From NCBI GenBank assembly GCA_025358455.1, contig JANYJP010000040.1, forward strand, positions 1,758 to 65,757: 64,000 nucleotides of DNA, read 5' to 3'. Shown here piece after piece: positions 44,582 through 54,400 of this stretch. Made by a program: the position numbers and the translations under genes. The notes under the pieces were generated by a model. The model ran no database searches, had not been told where the DNA came from, and was given only the letters and a program-made list of their open reading frames with translations. This DNA comes from Bacteroidales bacterium. Lineage in GTDB: Bacteria; Bacteroidota; Bacteroidia; Bacteroidales; VadinHA17. Each line of letters opens with the position of its first letter. Position 1 is the stretch's first letter.

Positions 44582-46860
44582 CACGACTTCAAGAATGTTT
44601 CTTTCCCAATTTCTAATACTCTTTTCAAGAGAGCTCTGAGATCTTCTTCAGATGTTACCGGATTAATTATTGTAAGTCTTATCCAGATCTTTCCTCCAAG
44701 TTCTGCCTGAACAATATAATAAGAGCCCTCTTTAATAATTGTATCTCTGATATTTGAGTTTATCTGGTTAAGTGTAAGTTCGTTATAACCTTCAGGTGCG
44801 TAACGGAAACAGACAATATTACTTTCTGGCTCTACTGCTAATTCGATATCTTGTTCAGCCCTGACTATGGCTGCAAATTCTGAGGCCAGGCTATATCTGC
44901 TGTCGATATACTCTTTATAATAGCTGTCGCCGTAGTATTTCATTGCAGTATATGCAATAATCCCCAATGCACTCTTAGTACATTCAATAGTTCTGATGGC
45001 ACTGTTATACCATACGTTATTCTGTGATTTCTGAAAAAGGTATGATGCTTTCTGGGCGAATGTTTCAAATGATCTTTCACCATTCCTGAACATTACAAGT
45101 GTGTTAAGGGCTGGTACAAGAAGCATTTTATGAAAGTCAATTACAATTGAATCAGCCCTTTCAATACTTTTGACGTGATTTCTGTGTTTTTCTGAAAAGA
45201 GAACCCCCAGACCGTGAGCTCCATCAACATGGAGCCATAATCCATGTTTTTCGCAGAAGTCAGCAATTTTATCAAGGTCATCATATGAACCCGTTGCCGT
45301 GGAGCATGAATTAGCAGCTACTGAAATTACCTTAATGCCTTTATCTTCTGCTCTTTTCCTGTATTCTTCCAGCAAATCTATCCTCATCCTGAAATTGTTA
45401 TCAAAAGGGACTTTTACAATTGAGTCTTCGCCAAGTCCCATGATCTTTACATTTCTTCCGATGCTGTAATGCGATTGTTCCGACATCATGTACCCAGGGC
45501 GGTTTTCACTCTTTACACCTTCTTCCCAGATATTGTAATCTGTTTTTGCCTGTCGGGCAGCAAGCATTCCGGTAAGGTTTCCTGCGGTTCCCCCATGTGT
45601 GAAAATCCCATCAAAGCCAGTTTGATAACCAATAAGTTTCCCGAATCTTTCAACAACATTTCTCTCCATTGCCATGTTAACAGGCCCCATTTCATATATT
45701 GCTGCTCCATTATTAAGAAGTGTTGTGCAGAACTGGGCGAGCACAGCAACAGGAAGGGGTGAGGTAACCTGGTGACCTATGTAATGCGGATGATGAATAT
45801 GAATTGAATGTTCTATTATCCGTTTAAAATAGTTGTCGAGCGATTCATTTGCACCACCTCCTGACTCAAAAGAAAATATACCGGCAAGCTTGTCGGGATC
45901 ATTCCATGGGAGCACCGGCATATCCTTCCCGGATAAGGCATCCTCAAGATAATCCGATAATCTGTCTATAAGAATATGTCCTTCTTTCCTGAAATTCTCA
46001 GGATTGAAGGGAGATGGTATTTTTGATTCAGGTTTATTCATGGTCAATTCATCTTTTAATTCGTTAAAAAACCATTGGATCACCGGATCGTTTGAATAAT
46101 TTGCCGGATTACTTATGAAATCATTCAATGATATATTATTCTGCAACAGGGTTTTAAAATGTTCCACCACACCGCAATAGCCTTTGGGTATGGTACTCCC
46201 AAACTTATAAGAGACAACCTGCCTGTTATACTCACTGAAGAATTTATCAAGAATTTCATATTTCTTTTTATGCTTCTGAACCAGAGCATCAGCTGATCCA
46301 AAAGTCTCAATAAAATGATTGTACCTTTTTAGAGCATTCTCTTTTATCAGTTTTCCGATATCCTCAGGGTTGATTTCCCTTGTGAGGTAAATTTCTGAAT
46401 ATCTGAATATCCCGATAAACCCAAAAGCATCCAGATCGTCAGCAACGGATAGAATTGTAAGAAGCTCATTACTTACTTTATTTACCTGATAGTCTTTCCG
46501 GTCGTGATATTCAATAGCTTCAAGAACATCGATAAATTCCTGTTTATTCAAATGGTTTTCGGTCAGGAACTTCACACACAATTCCTTACTGAATTTACCG
46601 TGCATTATTCCAGGCTCAACTGACATGCCTATATCATGAAGATAGCAGGCAATAATAAGTTTTGAAGCAAAATCTGAGATTAACCAGGGTTTATCCTCCG
46701 GGAGATTTTTGATCAGTTCTTTAGAGTAATTCCATACTCTCCGGTGATGATCAATCCCATGTGAGGAGAGTGATTTTTCATCATACATGGAAATAAAAAA
46801 TTCTTCAAGGATCTGTTTAAACTTATGTTCTGCAGATTCTAATGTACCGGTTTGATTCAT
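44581..46860 (-). CDS. Fusion protein: N-terminal HD-domain phosphohydrolase (YedJ/YpgQ-like) plus C-terminal group II PLP-dependent decarboxylase
   Basis: 759 aa. HD motifs HGIDHHRRVW, YLHDIGMS and SVADDLDAF lie in residues ~30-150. The decarboxylase part starts near residue 285 and carries HHPHYIGHQVT and the PLP-lysine motif VIDFHKMLLVP. Confidence 0.8.
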   Translation of the reverse strand: MNQTGTLESAEHKFKQILEEFFISMYDEKSLSSHGIDHHRRVWNYSKELIKNLPEDKPWLISDFASKLIIACYLHDIGMSVEPGIMHGKFSKELCVKFLTENHLNKQEFIDVLEAIEYHDRKDYQVNKVSNELLTILSVADDLDAFGFIGIFRYSEIYLTREINPEDIGKLIKENALKRYNHFIETFGSADALVQKHKKKYEILDKFFSEYNRQVVSYKFGSTIPKGYCGVVEHFKTLLQNNISLNDFISNPANYSNDPVIQWFFNELKDELTMNKPESKIPSPFNPENFRKEGHILIDRLSDYLEDALSGKDMPVLPWNDPDKLAGIFSFESGGGANESLDNYFKRIIEHSIHIHHPHYIGHQVTSPLPVAVLAQFCTTLLNNGAAIYEMGPVNMAMERNVVERFGKLIGYQTGFDGIFTHGGTAGNLTGMLAARQAKTDYNIWEEGVKSENRPGYMMSEQSHYSIGRNVKIMGLGEDSIVKVPFDNNFRMRIDLLEEYRKRAEDKGIKVISVAANSCSTATGSYDDLDKIADFCEKHGLWLHVDGAHGLGVLFSEKHRNHVKSIERADSIVIDFHKMLLVPALNTLVMFRNGERSFETFAQKASYLFQKSQNNVWYNSAIRTIECTKSALGIIAYTAMKYYGDSYYKEYIDSRYSLASEFAAIVRAEQDIELAVEPESNIVCFRYAPEGYNELTLNQINSNIRDTIIKEGSYYIVQAELGGKIWIRLTIINPVTSEEDLRALLKRVLEIGKETFLKS

Positions 46861-46865
46861 ACTTG

Positions 46866-46900
46866 ATAAAAAAAAAGCAAAAGATCACGCCTTTTGCTTT
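46866..46900 (-). terminator. Rho-independent terminator of the small HTH gene
   Basis: On the minus strand: AAAGCAAAAGgcgtgatCTTTTGCTTT followed by TTTTTTT. It lies between the HTH gene stop (46924) and the decarboxylase-fusion start (46860). Confidence 0.65.
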
Positions 46901-46923
46901 TGAACAGGCTTTCAGACGAAATA

Positions 46924-47169
46924 TTAATTATTAATCATTGCCTTGGCCAGATCGAGTATAGTTGTATCGTCGATTGTAACAATACCTCCATCAGGCCCCT
47001 GTTCATAATGAATTCCCACGCTTTGCCCCTTGTCAAAATTTCTCCCTCCGAAGTAGTTTCTAACTGTTTCTTCATTAATATCCAGTTTGTCTGCAATCTG
47101 TCTCATACTACCGGAGGGTAACTGGTCTTTTATTTTCCGGAGTTCATTAAAAGTGATTGTCTTTGTCAT
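46924..47169 (-). CDS. Small putative DNA-binding (HTH) protein
   Basis: 81 aa. SMRQIADKLDINEETVRNYF resembles a helix-turn-helix. It has its own terminator. Confidence 0.5.
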   Translation of the reverse strand: MTKTITFNELRKIKDQLPSGSMRQIADKLDINEETVRNYFGGRNFDKGQSVGIHYEQGPDGGIVTIDDTTILDLAKAMINN

Positions 47170-47373
47170 GGTATTTTAAATTTATCCGTTTAATAACTTA
47201 TAGTCAACTTGAAATCCAAAGTTAAACATTTATAATATAACTCAAAAATTTTGATGTGTCTTGTATTGCTTTAAAACGGTAATAAGTCCACTTCATTGTT
47301 TTATGTTGTAACGGTTGTAATGTGGGTTTAACCCCCTTTAGTGGGCTTGGTGGCAAACAAAGGAGGCAAAAAA

Positions 47374-48129
47374 TCATAATTCACTCATCAGTTCAAGAAA
47401 CAATTTAAGTGCCTTTTTCTTATCTTCATTGAAATCGTAATCAATGTTATGGGTAAGATAATCCTTCAGGTCAGCTCCTTGAATAATTCCGGTTTTACCC
47501 AGTTTCTCAACTACAGCATCAATATTATTTACCCCCAATTTTAGTACTCCGTTAAACTCTTCTATGAAGTCATCAGGGAGTTTTCTGTTTGATGTCCAGC
47601 ATGCGAATACGAAAGGAAGACCGGAGAATTTTTTCCATTCATAAGCAAGGTCAGTCCTATATCTGAAACTCCTGTCAAATTCGTAGCACTGATCACCAAT
47701 AAGTACAACTGCTTCTTTCAGACCGATATTTCTGAAGTCAAATCCTTTTGAAGTGGTTACCCACTTAAACTCTCTTTTCCAGCTGTTTTTAGCCAGGACC
47801 TTAATAAGATTTACTGATGACCGGGACCGGTAATCGAGATAAATTGTCTCAATATCTTCAAAGGGGCAATTACCAAGGAGCATAACTGTCTTTACATTTC
47901 CGTTTGCGCCTATACAATAATCACCAATAATATGGTATTCCTTCAGAAGAGGAAGTACAGCAACAGGTATCAGACCGATATCTACCTTACCGTCAATAAG
48001 TTTTGCTGCACAATCTGCCGGATGATCAGTTACAATTGAAACTTTTTTGTCAAATCCACTTACCTTAAATCCATAAATAAACGGGTATGTGTTGGCATAT
48101 TTTACTGCTGAAATCCTTATTTTCTCCAT
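47374..48129 (-). CDS. mqnA: Menaquinone (futalosine pathway) biosynthesis protein, MqnA-like chorismate dehydratase
   Basis: 251 aa. The N-terminus IRISAVKYANTYPFIYG and GKVDIGLIPV are typical of the MqnA/MqnD periplasmic-binding-protein-fold family. Confidence 0.7.
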   Translation of the reverse strand: MEKIRISAVKYANTYPFIYGFKVSGFDKKVSIVTDHPADCAAKLIDGKVDIGLIPVAVLPLLKEYHIIGDYCIGANGNVKTVMLLGNCPFEDIETIYLDYRSRSSVNLIKVLAKNSWKREFKWVTTSKGFDFRNIGLKEAVVLIGDQCYEFDRSFRYRTDLAYEWKKFSGLPFVFACWTSNRKLPDDFIEEFNGVLKLGVNNIDAVVEKLGKTGIIQGADLKDYLTHNIDYDFNEDKKKALKLFLELMSEL

Positions 48130-48156
48130 CGTCTTTTTTTACAACGTCTAAAATAC

Positions 48157-48164
48157 TACTTTTG
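48157..48164 (+). promoter_or_regulatory. Candidate -7 promoter element for purB
   Basis: TACTTTTG matches TAnnTTTG. It lies 41 nt upstream of the purB ATG. Confidence 0.3.
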
Positions 48165-48205
48165 CAGATATACTTATTAAAACTGAATAATCAATCTGAT
48201 TAATA

Positions 48206-49549
48206 ATGGAATTAAATATTCTAACTGCAATATCTCCTCTGGACGGAAGATACAGGCAAAAAGTTGATGAACTTGATCTGTACTTTTCTGAATTCGGTCT
48301 GATCAGATATCGTCTTATGGTAGAAATAGAATACTTTATCGCACTTTGTGAGATACCTCTTCCCCAGTTGGTTGATTTTAAAAAAGAGAATTACAAAACA
48401 CTCAGAACAATATATGAGGAGTTTAATCTGGCTGATGCTGAAAAAATCAAAGAGAGAGAGAAGGTAACAAATCACGATATTAAGGCAATAGAATATTTTC
48501 TGAAAGAAAAGTATTTTCAGATAGGATGGGGGAAATGGAGCGAGTTTATTCATTTTGGTCTTACCTCGCAGGATATAAATAGTACTGCAGTCCCGTTATC
48601 AATTAAAGATGCACTTATTAATGTCTACTTTCCGATTCTTTATGAACTAAGAGAGACTCTTGCAACCTTTGCTGATGAGTGGAAGGAAATTCCAATGCTT
48701 GCAAGAACGCATGGACAACCTGCATCACCTACAAGGCTTGGTAAGGAGGTTGAAGTCTTTATAGCACGCTTGGACGGACAGATCAAGTACTTCGGACAAA
48801 TTCCCTATTCTGCTAAATTCGGTGGCGCAACCGGTAATTTTAACGCGCATAAGGTTGCCTATCCTGAAATTGACTGGATATCCTTTGCAAATAATTTTGT
48901 TAATGAGGAGCTGGGTCTTGAGCGCTCATATCCTACAACCCAGATCGAACATTATGATAATCTTGCGGCATTATTTGATAACATGCGGAGGATTAATGTT
49001 ATACTCATTGATATGGCCCGCGATTTCTGGCATTACATTTCAATGGACTATTTCAGACAAAAGATAAAAAAAGGAGAGATTGGTTCTTCCGCTATGCCGC
49101 ATAAAATAAACCCTATAGACTTTGAAAATGCCGAGGGGAATCTTGGTTATGCAAATGCTATATTTGAGCATCTTTCTATGAAGTTACCTATATCGCGACT
49201 TCAGCGGGACCTTTCTGATTCAACCGTTTCAAGGAATATCGGGGTGCCTGTAGGCCACTCGATTCTTGCTTTTAACGCGCTACTGAAAGGTCTTAACAAG
49301 CTGATTGTAAATACGGATAAAATCAGAAGCGATCTCGATAATAACTGGGCCGTCGTAGCAGAGGCTATTCAGACAATCCTTCGCAGAGAAGGATATCCCA
49401 AGCCTTATGAAGCTCTTCTTGATCTGACACGGACTAATCAGAAAATCACGCAGGAATCAATTACCAGCTTTATTGATAGCCTCGATTTGAGAGATGAAAT
49501 TAAAGCAGAGTTAAAGGCAATTACCCCTTTTAATTATACTGGTTTTTAA
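48206..49549 (+). CDS. purB: Adenylosuccinate lyase
   Basis: 447 aa. Fumarate-lyase signature GSSAMPHKINP. Confidence 0.95.
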   Translation: MELNILTAISPLDGRYRQKVDELDLYFSEFGLIRYRLMVEIEYFIALCEIPLPQLVDFKKENYKTLRTIYEEFNLADAEKIKEREKVTNHDIKAIEYFLKEKYFQIGWGKWSEFIHFGLTSQDINSTAVPLSIKDALINVYFPILYELRETLATFADEWKEIPMLARTHGQPASPTRLGKEVEVFIARLDGQIKYFGQIPYSAKFGGATGNFNAHKVAYPEIDWISFANNFVNEELGLERSYPTTQIEHYDNLAALFDNMRRINVILIDMARDFWHYISMDYFRQKIKKGEIGSSAMPHKINPIDFENAEGNLGYANAIFEHLSMKLPISRLQRDLSDSTVSRNIGVPVGHSILAFNALLKGLNKLIVNTDKIRSDLDNNWAVVAEAIQTILRREGYPKPYEALLDLTRTNQKITQESITSFIDSLDLRDEIKAELKAITPFNYTGF

Positions 49550-49550
49550 T

Positions 49551-51371
49551 ATGGATAAAGCTAGATTATTGCTGAAATATCTCAAACCTTATAAATGGTC
49601 GGCAATCAGAAATATACTGTATAACCTGTTAAGCGCAATTTTTGCACTTTTTTCCTATACACTTATTATACCTTTCATAAATATTCTTTTTAACAGGGTA
49701 GCGATTGTTACTTCACCGGGCGAATTCAGGTTAACTATTGGGTACCTGGGAGATTTTTTCAAATATTATCTGTCCGCTTTCATAGATAAGCACGGACAGG
49801 CCGGTGCCCTGCTGCTGGTTAGCCTGTTGTTTATAGTTGCAAGTCTGTTAAAAAACGGACTTATTTTTATGGCAAATAATAGTATGGCTTATATCAGGGC
49901 TTGTACCGTGCGTGATCTGCGTAGCAAAATGTATCATAAAGTTCTCCGGCTGCCTTTATCCTTCTTTACCAATTCACGCAAAGGAGATATTATGACCAGG
50001 ATTTCCAATGACGTTCAGGAGATAGAGATATCAGTAATGGCTTCACTCACAATGCTTTTCAGAGACCCTGTTTCTATAATTATCTACGTTTTATATCTTT
50101 TTATAACAAGTTACCAGTTATGCCTTATCGCTATTGTACTTCTCCCTTTAAGCGGCTGGCTGATAGGACTTGCCAGCCGAACTCTCCGATCTTCCTCGCT
50201 TTTAGGACAGCAGAATCTCGGACGTCTTCTTTCAGTTGTGGAAGAAACTCTTACCGGTTTGAGGATAATAAAAGGGTTCAATGCGGAAAACAAGATGAAA
50301 GCTCAATTTGCCGCGACTAATGAGCAATATTCCAAAATTTTTAAAAGAGTGACCCGCAAGGCATATCTTGCTTCACCAATCAGTGAATTCCTGGGGACTA
50401 TTGTTGTTATGATACTTCTTTATATCGGCGGTATACTTGCATTAAAAGGACATAGTAATATGACATCAGAAACCCTGATTGCTTTTGTGGTAGTTTTTTC
50501 ACAAATACTTCAACCGGCAAAAAATATTTCTACGGCATGGTTTAGCATTCAGAAGGGAATGGCCTCAATTGACAGGATAGATCAGGTGCTTGAGGCTGAG
50601 GAAACCATTGTGGAAAAAGAGAACGCCTTACCGATTCAAGGTTTCAATGATTCAATAGAATTCAAGGGAGTTTGGTACGCCTATAATAATGAACCGGTAC
50701 TCAGGGATATAAACCTGAAGATCTTAAAAGGACAGACTGTTGCCATTGTTGGCAAATCAGGTGCAGGGAAATCGACTCTTGCGGATCTGCTTCCACGGTT
50801 CATGGATGTCGGGCAGGGAAGTGTTCAGATAGATGGTGTAGATGTACGCGATCTGAAAATGAAAGACCTCAGATATCTGATGGGTATTGTTAGCCAGCAT
50901 CCAATACTGTTTAACAGTACCTTTAAAGAAAACATCGCCTTCGGTGTTGATAAAGCTGATATGGACAAGGTTGAAAATGCGGCCCGTATAGCAAATGCCC
51001 ACGATTTTATACTTGAAACAGAGAAGGGATACGATAACTTTGTTGGTGAATCGGGAAGTAAACTCAGCGGAGGGCAACGGCAGAGGATAAGCATAGCCAG
51101 AGCAATTATGGCTAATCCTCCGATACTAATACTTGATGAGGCAACATCAGCATTAGATACAGAATCAGAACGACTTGTTCAGGATGCGATCCTTAAATTA
51201 ATGAAAAACAGAACCTCACTCATAATAGCTCACCGTCTTTCAACTATTCAACATGCGGATTTAATAGTTGTTCTCGATGAAGGAAGGATCGTGGAGACCG
51301 GGACTCATGCTGAACTGATGAATAAAAAGGATGGGTTCTATCAAAAACTACATAGCTTTCAGGCAATCTGA
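49551..51371 (+). CDS. ABC exporter, fused permease/ATPase (MsbA-like)
   Basis: 606 aa. Six N-terminal TM segments. Walker A GKSGAGKST, signature LSGGQRQR, Walker B ILILDEATSALD. Confidence 0.9.
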   Translation: MDKARLLLKYLKPYKWSAIRNILYNLLSAIFALFSYTLIIPFINILFNRVAIVTSPGEFRLTIGYLGDFFKYYLSAFIDKHGQAGALLLVSLLFIVASLLKNGLIFMANNSMAYIRACTVRDLRSKMYHKVLRLPLSFFTNSRKGDIMTRISNDVQEIEISVMASLTMLFRDPVSIIIYVLYLFITSYQLCLIAIVLLPLSGWLIGLASRTLRSSSLLGQQNLGRLLSVVEETLTGLRIIKGFNAENKMKAQFAATNEQYSKIFKRVTRKAYLASPISEFLGTIVVMILLYIGGILALKGHSNMTSETLIAFVVVFSQILQPAKNISTAWFSIQKGMASIDRIDQVLEAEETIVEKENALPIQGFNDSIEFKGVWYAYNNEPVLRDINLKILKGQTVAIVGKSGAGKSTLADLLPRFMDVGQGSVQIDGVDVRDLKMKDLRYLMGIVSQHPILFNSTFKENIAFGVDKADMDKVENAARIANAHDFILETEKGYDNFVGESGSKLSGGQRQRISIARAIMANPPILILDEATSALDTESERLVQDAILKLMKNRTSLIIAHRLSTIQHADLIVVLDEGRIVETGTHAELMNKKDGFYQKLHSFQAI

Positions 51372-51382
51372 AAACATGATCT

Positions 51383-51406
51383 GGAGAATGGGAGACGGGG
51401 GGAATC
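51383..51406. repeat. G/A-rich motif related to 36586-36615
   Basis: GGAGAATGGGAGACGGGGGGAATC, located 12 nt after the ABC exporter stop. By eye it shares the GGAGAA-N-GGG-NGA-GGGGG pattern with the cysN-proximal tract. Confidence 0.3.
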
Positions 51407-51445
51407 AAAACCGTGTTACTCCGTGGTTAATTACTGATAATAAAT

Positions 51446-54400
51446 TTATGTATCAGATTTATGATGGCTTGGTGAGTGTCCGAATTGAAGTTTAAAAAGT
51501 CTGCTGAAATATTTGACATCTGTAAAGCCTGTCTTAAATGATACTTCCGAAACATTGTATCCTTCTTCGATAAGATTGGCAGCAATATTGAGTTTAATCT
51601 TTCTAACAAAATCAATAGGACTTGATCCGGTTAAACCCTTGATTTTGTTATAGAATACAGTCCGGCTAACATTACAATGTTCTGAAAGGATCTCAATGGA
51701 ACAATCCGTGGAATACTTTTCTTCAATAAATGATACAAGTCGTGTCAGGAACTCTTTATCTTTTGAATTTACTCTTGGGAGATCCATCTGTTCAGATTTC
51801 TTTCCTATAAAGCTTGCTATCACTTTGGCCCTCTGGTTAATGAGGTTGCCAGCTACTGTTTTGAGATATTCCATATTGAATGGTTTCACAATATAGGCTT
51901 CAGCACCTGTCTCAATTCCTTCAATCTGATCTTTAAGATTCGATTTGGATGTAAGCATGATAACCGGAATATGACTCGTATTAAAATCTTCTTTCAGGCG
52001 TTTTGTCATTTCCATACCATCCAGTTCAGGCATCATTATATCAGTAATAACCAGGTCGGGATTAAGTGTTTTAGCAAGATGTAGTCCCTCGCTTCCATTT
52101 CTGGCCCCAATACATATAAAAAAAGATTTTAACGACTGACAGATATAATTTAGGATCTCCTGGTTATCCTCAACCACAAGGATCATATTCTTATCGGAAG
52201 TGTCGGATAATGGTAATTCTTCATCATAATAATCATCCGGAACCTCGTTCTTGTGCTTAAAATGTTGTGCCTGGTCATCGGGTTCCACAGTCTCAAAAGC
52301 CGATGAAATAGTAAAATGATCATTACCTTTTAAAAGTCTCAGGGTGAATGTGCTGCCTTTTCCAACAACAGATGTTATAAGTATACCTCCCTTATGAAGT
52401 TTTGCAAGTTCATACGAAAGTGATAACCCGATTCCTGTTCCGGCAAGTTCATCGTTACTTAGAATAGTATACCTTGTAAAGATATCGTTCATGTCCTTTT
52501 GTGGTATTCCGGGTCCCTCATCTGTTACAGAGATATCTATTGAGTTATTCGGTTCTGATTCTTCAATACTTAACGATACCTTTTTACCTGTATTGGTAAA
52601 TTTCAGTGCATTTGAAATAATATTATAAATAATTGTATCAAGTTTATTAGGATCAGCATAAAGAAGGAACGAATCAAACTTAGAATTAAACGAACAGGTT
52701 ATTCCTTTGTGATTAGCAAGAGGAATGAAACTGTCGTAAATCTCCCTTGTAAACTTTACTATATCTATTCTCTTGATTTTAAGGACCATTTTATTGTTCT
52801 GGACCTTTCTGAAATCCAGTAATTGATTGGTAAGCTGTAGCATTCTTCTGGCATTCTTAAGCATTATCTCCATCTGAAGTCTTTTTTTGTCAGATATATC
52901 TGATTCAGCCAGCATATCTTCAATCGGACCAATAATCAGAGTTAGCGGGGTTCTTATTTCATGCGAAATATTTGTGAAGAACTGAAGCTTATATTCATTT
53001 ACCTTTTTCTCAATTAACAGTGCGTTCTTATACCTGTTAATTCTTGTGACAGTTTTATAAATTGATATTGCAATCAGCGTAAGAATAATAAAATAGAAGA
53101 TATATGCCGGCATGGTTCTCCACCATGGAGGAGTGATTGTAATATTAAGTAATCGGTCATATGAAACTGACCGCCCGTTACGTTGAACGGATTTAACCCT
53201 GAATTCATATTTTCCGGGCGACAGGTTTGTATATGTAGCCCTGTGCTGGTTTCCAACGTTATTCCAGATTCTGTCAAAATTATCAAGCTTATATGAGTAA
53301 TCAATTTTGCCTGGATCGAGGAAGTCAAGTGCGGAATAATCGATGCTGAAACTTGATTGTAAATAGCTTAAACTGATATTGTCAGAAAATGAAATACTTT
53401 TTTTAAGGGGGGAATTTCTTTGATTGGTCGATACTTCAGTGTTAAAGATCAGAAATTTAGTTAATTCAATGCGTGCTACAGGTGGTAACTGAACAATTTT
53501 TTCAGGTCTGATAACTTCGAACCCAAGGTTACCGCCGAATAACAGAGAGCCGTCTCGTCTTTTATAACATGTGTTTTCTGAGAAGTTGTTGAATCCCAGA
53601 CCATTAAAATTATTATAAATCTCTGATGACTGGGTTGAAGGATCGAACCTCATAAGCCCGTTTTCACTGCTCATCCATATTTTCCCGGTGTTATCTTCCA
53701 GTATGCCGAAAATGATACCATACCCTGATACAATTTCTGATCCTAAATGTTTAAAAGTTGCCTTTTGCCCATCAAAGCCTTCAAGCATATCAGCGCCGCC
53801 CCCGTAGGTGCCAAACCAGAGTTTTCCCCTTGTGTCCTCAAACATATGTATAATATCGTTATAAATCAGGCTCTTATCATCAGATGTACTCCTTAAGAAT
53901 ACTTTAAAAAGGAAATTGCCTGATTCAATATTTTTCTTTTCAAGAAGATTTAAACCAAACGTGGTTGCTATCCATAGATTCCCTGATGAATCCACAAGAA
54001 GATGCCGTAAAAGGTTACTTGATATGTTACTGTTTTGTTGATTGATACGGATAAATTTGATATCATTGGTATATGGATTCCTCACAAGATTCAGTCCATT
54101 CCCGTAGGTTCCTACCCATATATTACCTGACTGATCCTGGCATATAGAATAAATATTATTATTGCTTATTGAATATGAATCCTTCTCAGAATACTCGAAC
54201 CGTCTGAATCTGATATCATTATATTTACCTTTAGTTTTACTTAGCGGACGTGTAGTAACTGCTAACCCGTATCCTTTCGATCCTATCCATAGGTATTCTT
54301 TATTGTCAAGGAAGAGGGAATAGGTTATATTTCTAAATGAAACTGGTCCTATTCCGGGAAGTGAAAGAAAAACATTAATCTGTTTAAGTGTACTGTCATA

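Noticed and set aside
44513-44710. 65-aa ORF as an intact small gene
   Set aside because: Only the first ~22 residues look like a real protein (Rrf2). The rest is antisense to the decarboxylase gene. It is reported as a remnant instead.
47325-47373. Possible missing C-terminal piece of the Rrf2 gene (frame reading PPLVGLVANKGGKKS)
   Set aside because: The resemblance to the Rrf2 wing (GLV..RG..GGY) is three or four residues only. That is not distinguishable from chance.
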